Below are positions 11,746 to 25,180 of a stretch of 64,000 nucleotides of DNA, piece after piece. The position numbers were made by a program, and so were the translations under genes. The DNA is from Octopus bimaculoides. Lineage: Eukaryota. The DNA lies in the NCBI RefSeq assembly GCF_001194135.2, contig NC_068999.1, forward strand, positions 24,159,763-24,223,762, written 5' to 3'. The number at the start of each line of letters is the position of its first letter. The stretch's first letter is position 1. The notes below the pieces were generated by a model. That model did no database searches and was not told where the DNA came from. It was given only the letters and a program-made list of their open reading frames with translations.

Positions 11746-12125
11746 TCATCATCATCATCATCATCATCGTTTAACGTCCGCCTTCCATCCTAGCATGGGT
11801 TGGACAATTTGACTGAGGACTGGTGAAACCGGATGGCAACACCAGGCTCCAATCTAATTTGGCAGAGTTTCTACAGCTGGATGCCCTTCTTAACGCCAAC
11901 CACTCAGAGAGTGTGTGTATGTCTGTGTTTGTCACCCCGCCATCGGTGGATAACTGATGCTGGTGTGTTTATGTCCCCATAACTTAGCGGTTCAGTAAAA
12001 AAGACAAGTAGAATAGGTACTAGGCTTACAAAAAATAAGTCCTGGGGTCGATTTCTTCAACTAAAACCCTTTAAGATGGTGTTCCAGCATAGCCATAGTC
12101 AAATGACTGAGACAAGTAAAAGAGT
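11628..12125 (+). mobile_element. SINE family B with a family D element (11743-11910, minus) nested in its internal microsatellite
   Basis: B body, (TA)n, (CAT)n plus family D body, (TG)n, then the B 3' domain and tail GACTGA(G/A)ACAAGTAAAAGAG. Confidence 0.8.
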
Positions 12126-12491
12126 ATATATATATATATATGTTTATATTTATACAAGGGCATTACTACAGAATAATGCCACACACTAGACTTCCGAAAT
12201 AAACACATTTTAGTACCGAATGTGAGGAAAGCAACCAACAGAAGAAACCAGTTGAGTTATTTAAAAGAAAGTTGGTTTCTTCTGTTGGTTGCTTTCCGCA
12301 CATTCGGTACTAAAATGTGTTTATTTGGGAAGTCTAGTGTGTGGCATTATTCTGTAGTAATGCCCTTATATAAATATAAACGAATAATTATATTCTTGGG
12401 AATAGAAATTTCCCTTATGAATTTTTTTACACACTGGCTTCCTGATAAAATTCTTGTAAAAGATTTTTATCCTTTTTTGAATTTATTAATC

Positions 12492-12531
<40 letters not shown>

Positions 12532-12619
12532 ATATATATATACATAGTTAACTGTTTCATAAAGGTAAGATCAGCAAAAAAGTACACCATTCAGTGAAAC
12601 ATAATTATCATTTAATGTA

Positions 12620-13760
12620 CACTACATTAAAATACAAGCTACTAATAGCTTCTTGCCATTGAGACACATTGTTAGGAAGATTTTAATAATGTTCCTTAGA
12701 CTCAGTCCACAAGAAGGTGAATATAAGGGGAAATAGAGAGGATCGAGAAGGGTAGGTGCATTGGTTTCTAAGAGTTTGAGAGGAGAGCGAAAAATATTTA
12801 GGGAAGGAGTATAGGTGAATGTAGGAACTGGTGAACAAGGATGGATGGTAATTATCAGTTCAGGGAGGGAAGGTGAAATGAAATAGGAATGTCTCATAAG
12901 AAGGAGGTAGTAAGTGGAAGTACAGAAAGTGTGAAGAGTAGCAGTGCATAAGATAGATGAGAAATAGGGTGATGATGTGCAGGGTGAAAGAGAAAAGGCA
13001 GATAGAGAGATGTACAGTGAAAGAGATGCATGTCAGAGGTATGTAGGGGTGAATATAGTGAGCGACAGACAAAGATGTGGGGAGGCATTGATAGCAGATA
13101 TATTGAAAAATAAGAAGATTGGAAAAATGATAGCAAATATGAAAGGGTGTTGAAGTTGAAGCATGGCAGTCATAACATGTAGTTCTGAGGTGATTGGTAG
13201 CACAAAAAGAATTGATCAGTAGAAAATAAAGTGGGGAGGGATAATATTGAGAATGTGGGACTGGTATTAAAAGGAAGTGGTTCCAGAGAGAGGTGTAATT
13301 GTTAGCACAAAAGGAATGAGATATGTGCAGTTTTGCTCTTACATAAGTACAGTAGCTGAATAGTACCAAAGTTGAAAGAAGGATGGAGGGATGGGTGTTG
13401 GGAAGATTAGTGGCGAGGAAGGCTTGACAGGGACAGGTTGGGTGCAAGGGCATATATGAATGTGTGTGTGTGTGTAGGTGCACTATGGCTGAATGACTAA
13501 GAAGTTCATTTTGCAATTGGTTATGATCCCATTGCATGGTATCTGGAAGAAATGTCATTTTCTGTAGCCTTAGGTAACCTTGTGAAGTTGGGTGGATGGA
13601 AATTGCTTAGAAGCCTGTTTTGTGCATTGCACCTATACCTCAGAAGATATGACCTTGTCACACATTGTCTCACTCTAATTCTGTCTGCAAATAATTCTAA
13701 CAGTACATGTAACTGTGGAATCTTCAACCTCTGACTTGTTAATTCAGGAGGAGCTTATTC
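12620..13760 (-). mobile_element. Highly decayed retroelement, possibly PLE
   Basis: Purine-rich plus strand and C-rich minus strand, like the PLE tract at 1-360; weak minus-strand fragments (LSLRNIIKIFLTMCLNGK; SYLLRYRC) reminiscent of a PLE ORF. No clear catalytic motif. Confidence 0.3.
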
Positions 13761-13824
13761 AGCTGACTGAACAGCAGAATCTTCATTGTTGAATGATGGT
13801 GATCTACCACCATCACACATGCAC

Positions 13825-13827
<3 letters not shown>

Positions 13828-13879
<52 letters not shown>

Positions 13880-14075
13880 NNNNNNNNNNNNNNNNNNNNN
13901 NNNNNNNNNNNNNNNNNNNNNNNNNNNNNNNNNNNNNNNNNNNNNNNNNNNNNNNNNNNNNNNNNNNNNNNNNNNNNNNNNNNNNNNNNNNNNNNNNNNN
14001 NNNNNNNNNNNNNNNNNNNNNNNNNNNNNNNNNNNNNNNNNNNNNNNNNNNNNNNNNNNNNNNNNNNNNNNNNNN

Positions 14076-14128
<53 letters not shown>
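13828..14128. repeat. (GA)n microsatellite spanning a gap
   Basis: Seen directly. Other large microsatellites: (TA)n 20258-20336, (ATT)n 41994-42050, (CA)n 53124-53194, (TACA)n 63655-63712. Confidence 0.95.
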
Positions 14129-14130
<2 letters not shown>

Positions 14131-14335
14131 TAAATTTCAATGAGATGATGTATCAGAATGTTTTAAGATGCAAACTATTCATTTCAACATTGCTGAAGGA
14201 ATGATGGATATTTATTGCAAGTCCATTATTGAAATGGCCAAGTTTCCTTCAAATCACATCATTCTGTCTTAACAAATTTTCTAGATGTGTTGATTTGACT
14301 TATTTTTAATTTTAAATAATCTTCAAAATACTCAC

Positions 14336-14385
<50 letters not shown>

Positions 14386-14616
14386 ACACACACACATATG
14401 TGTGTGTGTAGTAGTAGTAGAAGCTGTGATGTTAGCAGCAATAGTAGTATGGTGTTTTATGGAGTTTATACTTCAAAACCTGTCTGAGAAAAGTCATGAC
14501 TTTTGTAATATTATATTTAAAAAACTGTTTTGAAATAAATTTATTTATATCTGTTTTCCATTTTATTGTGTAAAGTTATGAAATAATTCTGTTCAAAATA
14601 ACTTTTTCTTTTTCAG

Positions 14617-14671
14617 TTTATTTATGATTTCAGTAATGTGGCTGTTTCGACGTTATCTGGCATTAGCCCAG
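14617..14671 (+). CDS. Coding micro-exon (55 nt) of a cAMP-receptor-like (CrlA/GPR157-type) GPCR; end of TM1 plus ICL1
   Basis: Acceptor ACTTTTTCTTTTTCAG, donor CAG|GTGAGC; phase 2 in, phase 0 out; encodes (x)LFMISVMWLFRRYLALAQ and joins the 53810 exon in frame. Family recognised from memory only. Confidence 0.7.
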
Positions 14672-14907
14672 GTGAGCTAATCTTTCTAATTTTTTAATCC
14701 TGTTATTTCACTTTTACATGGCATTGGCTCACCTGAGCCAATGCCTTATGATATTATTTAATCTTTTTCTCTCAGTGTTGATATTGTCTCAGCTGAGCTC
14801 ATCCTATCATTTATTTTCTCTTTTAACACATTTTAAATTCAGTTTTGTGAATTCCTTTTGAAATTATTCATTGATATGAAAGATTTTAAGATAACAAGTG
14901 ATTTAAA

Positions 14908-14972
14908 GTGATCTAGTGGTTAGGATTTTGTACGCCTATCACAGTAGCCTGGGTTCAATTCCCACTTGGGAA
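14908..14972 (+). pseudogene. tRNA-Glu-like pseudogene or isolated SINE head
   Basis: GTGATCTAGTGGTTAGGATT...GCCTGGGTTCAATTCCC...GGGAA resembles metazoan tRNA-Glu D- and T-arms; anticodon arm and 5' acceptor strand are degraded. Confidence 0.6.
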
Positions 14973-14984
14973 ACAGCTATTTTA

Positions 14985-15490
14985 GGTGCAGGCATGAGTA
15001 TGTTGTTAAGCTTACTTTGCAACCACATGGTTTCAGGTTCAGTTCCACTGTACAACACCTTGAGCATCTTCTGCTACTGTCGACCAATGTCCTATGAATT
15101 TGGTTGATGGAAAGTTTGTGGAAGCCCATTGTGTATGTGTGTGTCTTTATGCCTGTATTTGTCCCCCCACTCCACCACTGCACCACTTGACAACTGGTGT
15201 TGGTTTGTTTATGTCTCCATAACTTAGCAGTTCAGCAAAAGGACCCTATACTTTAGTTTTTTTCTAGTTTGGCTGTCCTTCTGAACACTTCAATGTTTTC
15301 ACATGAGCATGTCATCCATCATGATCCCCCATGCATGTTCTTAATTTCTACCAAAGCACCGAGGTACCTATAGGTATGAATGAGTACCAAACTTTAAAAC
15401 TAAAAACTGCAATTGATTGTTCAAATAAACCCTTCAAGGTAGTGCCCCAGGATGGCTGATGTCCAATGATTAAAACAAGTAAAAGATAAC
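14985..15490 (+). mobile_element. Decayed SINE family B, interrupted at about 15240-15365
   Basis: Head, body and 3' domain match other B copies; tail AAACAAGTAAAAGATAA near 15475. Confidence 0.7.
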
Positions 15491-16192
15491 ATATTAAAAA
15501 CAAAAACATCTGAGTACTTATAAACTACATATAAAAAAATAGGTCAACCAAAGTGATAGCCATGAACGTAATCATCAAGCACTCCAGTCTCTGGCTCACA
15601 GATATGTTGACCTTGTTTACATTTTCTACTGTTACTGCGATGGTTTCTACTCTTTGAAGCTAGGTTGTCTTGTAACCACCTCCTCCTCCCCTTCTCGCAT
15701 ATACTATGTCCATTCTCACCAGGCCCTACACTAACCACTATGTTCAGGCTTTCACCCCCTCTACTAAAACATTGATTCCTGTAGAATTCTCTCCTTACCA
15801 ATATTTTTTCTGTAGCCATTGACAACATTAACCACTTTAATTTCACTAGTCTCACAAGACATGTAAAGGCCATGAGTGTAGTATCTTTCTCCACCCATTA
15901 TTGATTAATAATGTGTGTGTGTATGTGTGTCATCATCATTATCATCTTTTTAAATTCTACTTGCATTTATATACGTGTCTCTTTGTGTGTGTGCATGCGC
16001 ACGTGTGTGTGTGTGTATACACAAATTTTCTACAGCTGGATACCTTTCCTGTCATCAGTTCTTGTCTGTTTCCAAGCAAGGTTTCCTCATCACTAGACAT
16101 GTTTTCTCAAAATATTGGAAATAAATGATATTGCTTTTATGACAGTGACAGGCATTTACATCTATCACATAATAGACAAGACAAGCGTGCAT

Positions 16193-16229
<37 letters not shown>

Positions 16230-16239
16230 CTCTCATACA

Positions 16240-16375
16240 CATACAACGGGTTTCTTTCAGTGTCCATCTTCCAAAATCCACTAACAATGCTTTGGCCAGC
16301 CTGGGGCTATATAGTAGAAGACATTTGTTGAAGGTGTCTTGTAGTTGGACTGAACCTGGGAAGCAATCTTCTCAA
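16240..16375 (-). mobile_element. SINE family B fragment
   Basis: GGGTTTCTTTCAGT...CAAAATCCACT...GGGGCTATATAGTAGAAGACA matches the B body. Confidence 0.75.
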
Positions 16376-17425
16376 CCTACCTCATCCAGAACTGTGCTTT
16401 ATCATTGAAATTAATTTAAAAGACGGGATTTTGAACACTTTTGCTCTGCAAAGATATAATATGTTGAACAGTATACAGCAATATACTCAACCAATTCATG
16501 TGACAAAATGACTTGTGGCAGACGATTCACACCAATAATCACATCTCATTTCTTTGTCAAAATAGGTGACTGTCAAAACAACTTATGTATAACACATTAT
16601 GTAAGTAAACCATTTCTGTTTGGAAACAGAGTAATAACTTTAAAGACTTAAATTAACTTTAAGATAACTGGGCCAACTGGATGTGTCTATGATTGTATTG
16701 TTCTATGACTTGATATATTAGTCTGTCAGAATTACTGTTGTTGATTAGCATTTAATTATTCTGTAGATGTTTTGATTTTGTTCATTTGTGTGGGTGAATC
16801 TAAATGCTCATTAAGCAATAATATACTAAAATTGCTATAATTAAACAATTGCATATTTATTACCACATTTGAGCATATTCAGATGCAAAATATGCTGGTT
16901 GTTGTAGTGTATGTGATAAAGGAATAACTTCTCCCTTTTGTGACAACAGTGTGTTCAACACACAAGGCTCATTGGTTTTCTGGGACACCAGTGTTTTTAA
17001 CGTTGATGTATCTCATCAGCCTAAATCAGTTGGAATTCCAAGTCCAAATGAAGTCACTAGCTTTGTTTATACTTTCACTGAACAAATTGTTTTGCTGATC
17101 AAAGCTGCTAATGACCAAATATACATAAATTATAGAATCAAAAACCACATTGTCAAACATGATTTTAGATTAGATACACTGCATCTAAAATGGGCTTGGC
17201 AATTGGAAGGCTAACTGATAGTGAAACATAGCCTCAGAGAAACCATCCATATTAGCTTAAACTTGTACATACACACACATCAATACATAAATACACATAT
17301 GTATACATGTATACAATTCTGTCTATTTACATAAATATTTATGTGCATACGTGTGTGTGCGTGTGTGTGTATGTGTGTGTGTGTGTGTGTGTGTATGTGT
17401 GTGTGTGTGTAGATAAATACATAGG

Positions 17426-17471
<46 letters not shown>

Positions 17472-18128
17472 TATATATCATGTGTATGTGAGCGCACATG
17501 TATGCATACATATGTATACTTGTATGTGTGTATAGTGCCTGTATATATAATATATAAATGTATGAACATGTAATTATTGGGTATTTTGTACTTTTATATA
17601 TAAATATACATAAATATTTGCTATTTGTGTTTGCACATGTAGATGTACCATTTATAGATTGTATCTATTTAGGAACATTTTCATTTTTTATAAACAATCA
17701 TTTTGATTTAAATAGGTATCTATTTACTCTATTTATTGCATATTATTCATTCAATGTTTGCTTCAGTTATCTGTAAATATATTTACATATTTATTATACC
17801 AGTAAATGTGTATACAGTTTTAGATATTGATTATAATGTAGTTTCCTTATGTGTAATTATATTGACTACCTCTAATTTTTTGGCGTCATATATTGTGGAG
17901 AAAATATTTTGGCCGTTATAAATCAAATTTTTTCTGTATGCTGGATTTCACAAAAATATTGTGAAATTATTCAACTATGTTTACAAACAGGAAATTATAT
18001 ATATATATATATNNNNNNNNNNNNNNNNNNNNNNNNNNNNNNNNNNNNNNNNNNNNNNNNNNNNNNNNNNNNNNNNNNNNNNNNNNNNNNNNNNNNNNNN
18101 NNNNNNNNNNNNNNNNNNNNNNNNNNNN

Positions 18129-18174
<46 letters not shown>

Positions 18175-18176
<2 letters not shown>

Positions 18177-18420
18177 TTGCATGGCTATGTGATTAAGAAG
18201 CTCAAATCGCATGATTTCAGATTCAGTTCCATTGTGTGGTGCCTTGGTCAAATGTCTTCCATTATAGCCCCAAAATGATCAGTGCCTTGTGAGTGAATTT
18301 GTTTGGCGGAAACTGTGTGGAAACAATGCATATGTTTCTGTATGTATGCATGCGCACATGTGTGTGTATGTCTTTGTGTTTGTATATGTATCCCCACCAC
18401 CACCATCACCACTTGAAAAC
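18175..18420 (+). mobile_element. SINE family B fragment
   Basis: CATGGCTATGTGATTAAGAAG...TTCAGTTCCATTG...CCTTGGTCAAATGTCTTC matches the B head. Confidence 0.7.
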
Positions 18421-20248
18421 CAATTTCAATTTCCTTCCACTTGGCCTTCCTGAAATTCAAGTTCATGAAGGGTGAGTCATGTTTGATGTTATTTGTGCAT
18501 ATTGCCTTCTTTGGACCATATACAGATAACTGTATAATGAAATAGTTGGAAATGGTAGTTGGAGTGCTCTGAGTATTATGAATGAAGTCTGTATTGGTGC
18601 TAAAGACTAGGTTGAGTATGTTATTTCCCATAGTTGGATGGATAATGATTTCTTGCATGAGAAAATCTTTAGTGTTTCATATCCCTCCTGTTCAGTTTTT
18701 CAGTTCCATGTTGCATATAGCCTTCAGGCCTGCTGAGACTAGGAAAATTAAAGTCCCCTGTTAAAAGTATATTGGCCTATGGGCTGGCCCTACCTAGAGT
18801 TTGACTTATGAGTGACAAAGCATCTCTGAAGTGATCTCCATGGTTTGCTGGATCAGGAAGATGGTAAATAATGCCTATGATATGATTGAAGTCAATCACA
18901 TGCATTATTAGTGTGTTGCACCCTGCATTGGAGTGAGAGAAGAGGACACTTGTTGTCAGATCTTCACAGAGGAAGAGCACTACTCTTCTTTGTTTCCATA
19001 TTCTGTGGTCAGTTCTGTGTAGTACATAACCTGACATATGTAGTTCTGCATTCAATATGTCTGGGATCAGGGGTCTGTCACTTAGTACTACACATATTGT
19101 CTTTTATTTTTGTGCAAGGTTTCTAAGATGTGATATTTTTGTTTGATTTGTGAAGTGTGAGAGACCTTGTACATTCAGCATTATCCTTTAGCTGAGTTTG
19201 TAAGTTAATGACAGAAATGGTGTGTGGTTGTGCACTAGGGTAATAGCAGTGGTTGGTGCACTGTAAGAGCTAAAAAAACTTTTTTCTTAGATGTCTTTTT
19301 CCAGATTCATTATGGCTAAAAAAGAATTTTCTTATTTTGGGAGTAGTTGTTGTCTGGAGTTGTTACTGTTGAATATGGTTATAGCTATATGGTTTGTGGC
19401 TGTTGATTTTTCTACTGTATCCAGTGGATATCTGGGTGACTTCTGGGTTTTGGTGAAAGTTTGGACCAACCCTGCCACTGTAAGGGATGTTTCTCCTGTT
19501 GATCTGGTGGTAGCTTGGAGTCATGCTTTTAATAGTGTGTTGAATCCCTGGAAGATGAGTGAAGGGACAGTTGTGCTTCAGACATAATATTTCTTATTAG
19601 GAAAAGTGGCTGATTTTAGGATTCTGGGTTACACATGTAGAAGCTATTAAATGTGATTTAGTTTTTAATGGTAGTGGTGGTGGTGGTGTAAGATGTATAT
19701 TTTGGCTGATGTTGCTTGTATAAATTGTGCATCGTGTCCCAAATAAATGGGTGAAATTGCAGTCAATGCATATTAGTGGCATATTTTTGAGTTTTGTGTG
19801 TTCATAAATTTTGCTTTACTTTGCTTTATTTAGTTGCCAAGTTTATCATGGAGGTGTGAGGTACACATTCAGATTGAAGTGGATAGTGTTGGCAAGAAAG
19901 GAGTGATTCTTCACTAATTAGAGTAGTGGTAATGGTAATGGTAATTGCATTAGAATAGGATGATGATGGTAATGATGAATCTCTTGCGTTATTTTGAGAG
20001 AGTGAGAAATTTCTGTGGTCTAACTGTGGAGAATAGCTAGGGACTGTGTTGTTTAATAAGTCGCCAATTGTACTAGTATTGAGAAGTGACTGCGGCCGTT
20101 CATCTTGTTGTTTAGTTGTGGTAAGGGTAGCGGCAGTAGAACATGATGGCAACAATGATGATTGGTCAGTTGTGGTATTCAGAGGAAACGAGGAATGTGG
20201 ATAGCTGGACTGTGAAGTGCTGTTGATTGTATTTTGTATATACATTGA

Positions 20249-20250
<2 letters not shown>
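18420..20250 (-). mobile_element. Decayed LINE (CR1/L2/Jockey-like): 5' region plus APE endonuclease
   Basis: Minus-strand fragments LNVQGL, AELHMSGYVLHRTDHRIWKQRRVVLF, IIYHLP, QEIIIHPTMGNNILNLVFS and LNFRKAKWKEI match the APE domain layout (R.DR..GGGV, YRPP, PTRG.NILDL, NF.KA.W). Confidence 0.75.
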
Positions 20251-20338
<88 letters not shown>

Positions 20339-20468
20339 ATTAGAAAATGGAGGATAATATGCTGAACCCAACAACTTGCAGGCAGACAGTGTATCCCGTT
20401 GAATTCATTAATTTATTTCATAGCTAAGGTGACAAAAAACCCCACAAAGTACAGGTGTTTATGACAAA

Positions 20469-20506
20469 CCATGTTATTTTGACAACCGGTTGTCAAAATA
20501 ACATGG
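20469..20506. repeat. Perfect 38-bp palindrome
   Basis: CCATGTTATTTTGACAACC|GGTTGTCAAAATAACATGG, no spacer. Confidence 0.95.
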
Positions 20507-20529
20507 GAAGCAATAGTAACAACAGTAAA

Positions 20530-22357
20530 ATGGTGGCGGAGAAGAATCGAGTTATGAAATATAAACCTATATCAGGTTGACTACATGAACATTTTGGATT
20601 AATATTGTTGGCTGATAGTAATATTAAAACTGCCGATAATGTTTATTGCATCCATTGCGACAAATCGTTCACATAACATGGATCTAACACATCGATTACT
20701 TACCACCTTCAAAACAAACACTTGCTAAAGTATTTGAAACCTCAGCTCGCAAAGTCAGCTTCATTTAGTCAGTCTACAGTGGCGGTGTCATCTACCTCCA
20801 AGCAGACTACTTTGAGTCAGTTTTATCGTCGGTCTGATCATCCGGTGAATGTTACCCTACAACGTGACATTAAAATATCACTTGCAAACTGGATAGCTAA
20901 TAATAGTAGACCAATATCGACAGTAAAAGATGATGGTCTTCAGCAAGTATTGCGTACAGCGCTTCAAATTACAGAATATAAACTACCTTGTCGGCGCACT
21001 ACTGATAAAGTGTTGGCTGATATTTATAACAGCAGAAGAGAAAGTTTTTTATAAGCAGTGAAAATTTCAAAGGCAATTGCGCTAGCGTCTGATTTTTGGA
21101 CACCCCTAGGTAATGAAAGTTATTGCGGAATCACCAGCCATCGGATTGCTGATGACTGGAATTTAATAAGTGTTATTCTTGAATGTGTGCATGTTGTTGA
21201 ACGTCACTATTCTAACAATGTTGCTGAGTTATATAAAAAAATTGTAAAAGACTGGGATATAACAAAGAAGATTCAGGTTCTAGTAACAGAAATTGCACAA
21301 AATTTAGTTTCAGCTATTAATCAAACTGGTTTTGCTCATATTCCGTGTTTGGCTCATAACCTGCTGTTGAGCATATTGCACAGGTTTAGAGCTGCGAATA
21401 CAGAAACATTGTTTGTTAAATGTCGAAAAATCATAGGACATTTTAAACATAGCCCTATCCACACAACTGAATTGCAGAATTGTAGTGATTCACCATTTCG
21501 TAAGCTACAGCAAGATGTTCCAACAAGATGTAACAGTACTTTTCTAATGCTGAAGAGTCTGCTACAGACCAGAAAAGCAATAATCATCTACATGTCAGAT
21601 GAAGAAAAGCAATATAAAAGTCCCAAACTGTTTGATTCTGATTGGGAAAAGATTTCAAAATACATCAATGTTTTAGACTTAGTCTGTCAGGCTATGGTCC
21701 TGCTTGGTGGTGAAAAATATGTGTCATGTAGCTGTGTATTGCCCCTGTTATTGTCTTTGACAAAGCACATGACTGCAAATGAGGATGATCCAAGTTATAT
21801 AGCCAGATTCAAGGCAGCATCTGTTTATGACATGAGAAGTATTGAAATATTACAGATTGCAACAGCACTTGATCCACGATATAAAAACTTGAAGTGTTTA
21901 TCAGACGATTCCAAAGAACAAACTTGGTTACTTATTGGACAGCAAATAGCAGCTGATGTTAATGATGATCGGTTGAAGACTAATGCACAAGATGATACTG
22001 ACAGTGTCAGTAAAACTATATGCGAACCGAATGAGAAGCGTATTAAGCTGAAGGAGTCTGACTCAGACTTAGAAGAGGATGTCGAAAACGCTTCAGATGA
22101 AGTACAGTGATATAAAATGGAGAAAAAGTTGCTGAATCAGTTGATCCACTACAATGGTGGAAACTTAATGAACATTGATATCCGAAATTGGCATTTTTTG
22201 CCAAGACTGTTCTATGCATACCAGCTACCTCGGTTCCATGTGAACGATTATTTAGCTCTATTGGTTACATTGTTAACAAGATGCGCTCATCACTTGAACC
22301 AAATACTGTTAACATGCTTGTGTGTTTGCGTAACAGGTTATCCAACAACATTTAAGT
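20530..22357 (+). mobile_element. hAT (Ac/ZBED1-like) transposase pseudogene
   Basis: BED finger VYCIHCDKSFT*HGSNTSITYHLQNKH; ASDFWT; VTEIAQN (D to E); CLAHNL; QDVPTRCNST; ATALDPRYK; C-terminal WWK...YPKLA...IPATSVPCERLFS. Several in-frame stops and a frameshift near 22125; the right end runs into the gap at 22485. Confidence 0.93.
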
Positions 22358-23179
22358 AAGAAAACGCCTATGCTATTTCTTGTTTTTAACTGAGTTTTAA
22401 TTGAAATATCATAAACTTGTCAATAAATGCAACTGCAGACATTTTTGTGTTTTAATCGAAATTAACTATTAATTAATTGTTAATNNNNNNNNNNNNNNNN
22501 NNNNNNNNNNNNNNNNNNNNNNNNNNNNNNNNNNNNNNNNNNNNNNNNNNNNNNNNNNNNNNNNNNNNNNNNNNNNNNNNNNNNNNNNNNNNNNNNNNNN
22601 NNNNNNNNNNNNNNNNNNNNNNNNNNNNNNNNNNNNNNNNNNNNNNNNNNNNNNNNNNNNNNNNNNNNNNNNNNNNNNNNNNNNNNNNNNNNNNNNNNNN
22701 NNNNNNNNNNNNNNNNNNNNNNNNNNNNNNNNNNNNNNNNNNNNNNNNNNNNNNNNNNNNNNNNNNNNNNNNNNNNNNNNNNNNNNNNNNNNNNNNNNNN
22801 NNNNNNNNNNNNNNNNNNNNNNNNNNNNNNNNNNNNNNNNNNNNNNNNNNNNNNNNNNNNGTATATATATGTATGTACACACACATAAGCATAAAAGTTT
22901 GTTAGTTTGCTTTGAAATGTTATCTTCTCTCAAAGAGAAGATAACATTTCAATAAATTTGGCATGAATGTCCTGGTGTATCACAAAATAATCCATACAGT
23001 AAAAAATCTCAGCTTGAAGGTCTCCTTGGGATAGAATGTTGAGAAGTCAAGAAAGATGATGTAGAAAGACTGAAAGTTCTCATGGAACTGCAATGAAAGA
23101 AAAAATAAAAATTTAGAAGTTGAGTAGGAGTGTTAATGGGTACAATAACATTCTTAAATATACCAAGTTTTAGAATATA

Positions 23180-24412
23180 TTGGGTCATCCCATAAATAAT
23201 GCAGTTTTTTCAATTGCATGAACTAAAAGTTGGAAGGGGACATGATAAACTACCGGCATCAGCTTACCACATTGTGCTTATTCTTAGCGTGCAGATTTTG
23301 AAGGTTGCAGTTCAATTTTAACAGTTATTTTTTCAAAGCTGTGATGGAAGTGACAACAGAGCATATTCAGCATATTTTGCTTTATGAGTTCAATAAAGGC
23401 AACAAAACAAAGTGGAAGTGCGAGGAATATTATTGCAGTATATGTGAATCGGACAATAAGCTTAAGTTAGTGTCAGCAGTGGTTCTAAAAATTCCAAACC
23501 GGAAACTACAGCCTAGAAGTCAAGCCTCATCCCAGAAGATCTGTAGAGCTTGACAAGGACGTCCTGCAAACCCTGGTGGAACAAAATCCTATCATAACTG
23601 TTGAGGAACTAGCAGAGAAGTTTCGTTTTGGTCATTCAACCATTCATTGGCAGCTGTGTGGCATCAGAAAAGTCAGGAAATTGTGTCAGTGGGTTCCTCA
23701 CTAACTTTCCGTGACTAATCATGCACAGAGAGTGAATGTTTACTGCCATGTCTCACAAATGAACCTTTTTTGGACTGAATAGTGACTGGTGATGAGAAAT
23801 GGGTTCTCTATAAAAATGTCAAGTGCTGAAGACAGTGGGTAGGGAAAGGAGAAACACTAGCACCCCAGGCTAAAGAAGGCCTTCACCCACCTAAGGTGTT
23901 GTTATCTGTTTGGTGGGATATGAAAGGTTTAGTTCACTTTGAACTTTTAACCCAAACCAAATCACATCAAAGCTGATCTACTGTGAGCAGCTTAAGTCAT
24001 TGTTAGAAGAAAAACGATCATCTTTGGTTTCAAGACGAAAGATGCACTTCCATCAGGATAATGTTTGGCTACATACTACAAAGATGACATTCCAAAGGCT
24101 GGAGCAGTTTGAATAGGAAACGATGCCCAACCCACTATATTTGTCAGACATTGCACCATCTGATTATCATTTATTCTGCAGTCTTCAAAATCATTTGGAT
24201 AGAAAAAATATGAATTCTATAGATGAGGTCAGAACAGTACTGGAAGAGTATTTTTCATCACAGACAAGTAAGTTTTGGAAGAGTGGCCTTGCAAGTCTAC
24301 CAGATAGATGGAAGAGCATTGTAGGAAATGAAGGAGAGTATATTTTAGATTAAAAAAGAACTTTATCTTAATTTTGAAAAATAAAACCTGCATTATTAAT
24401 GGGATGACCCAA
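23180..24412 (+). mobile_element. Full-length decayed mariner (DD34D) transposon
   Basis: TIR TTGGGTCATCCCAT(A/T)AATAATGCAG at both ends with TA duplications (23178-79, 24413-14); transposase fragments MEVTTEHIQHILLYEFNKG, WVPH, IVTGDEKW, HQDN and DIAPSDYHLF; stop at 24353; frameshifted. Confidence 0.95.
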
Positions 24413-24734
24413 TATTTATTTTCTTTTGTTGTTATTTTGGTATCAGTAAATGGACTGCTGCCTCAAAGCATTTAGTCAGTAATATCAAATGCAGTATTTA
24501 TAGTTTTAAGTCTGATAGTTTCTTTTTTTTATTGAAATCTATTTATTTGTTCAACTGCTGAGTTGTAGGACAAACAACACCAGTTTTTAAGCAATGTCAG
24601 TATAAAGAAAAACATAGAAACTGACACACATGCATGCATGCTTTCATGCAAGCCTGCACAGATGCATACATGCATGTACACATGGATGGATGCATATGTG
24701 TATGTACACACACACACACACTAAAGTAATAGCT

Positions 24735-24850
24735 TCTGCACAATTTTTATCTATCAAATTTCATTCACAAGACACTGGTCAGTCTGGGGCTTCTAGAAGA
24801 CACATGCCCAACATGGTACGTAGGCTGACCAAACTCAAAATGTGATTACC
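24735..24850 (-). mobile_element. SINE family B head fragment
   Basis: TATCAAATTTCATTCACAAG...GGGGCT..TAGAAGACAC.TGCCCAA matches the B body on the minus strand. Confidence 0.55.
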
Positions 24851-24927
24851 TAGAGAAGGTTTTAGTCACAAAGAGATGCCTTGGTAAGAATTCAAATTTC
24901 ATAGCAGCTGATTTGATGTACAATCTC

Positions 24928-25180
24928 AGAAATAATATTTGTCCCCACTTAAATGTGGATGTTCTATTAGAACAAACTTTACTGCAGTAGTTACCATGAG
25001 AAAAACTCTCATATTGGCTTTTTGGGGCAAAATACACTCTTGTTTATATCTTGATTTATCTCCCCACTAGCACACATTTTGCACCAAAAGCCAATATGAG
25101 AATTTCTTTCATGGTAACCACTACAGTAAATTTGTTCTAACAAAACACCCACGTTTAAGTGGGGATAAATATTACCTCTC
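24928..25180. repeat. Inverted pair of the 10431-type repeat unit (arms about 110 bp, 34-bp spacer)
   Basis: The reverse complement of 24928-25037 aligns to 25072-25180 at roughly 85% by eye. Confidence 0.85.

Noticed and set aside
12095-12125. SINE family B tail hairpin (CAGTC-aaat-GACTG-AAAC) as a hammerhead
   Set aside because: There is no CUGANGA core upstream and no helix I or III partner.
12860-13558. 232-aa minus-strand ORF as a host gene
   Set aside because: Low-complexity H/L/S/F/Y composition caused by strand-biased base content in a decayed repeat.
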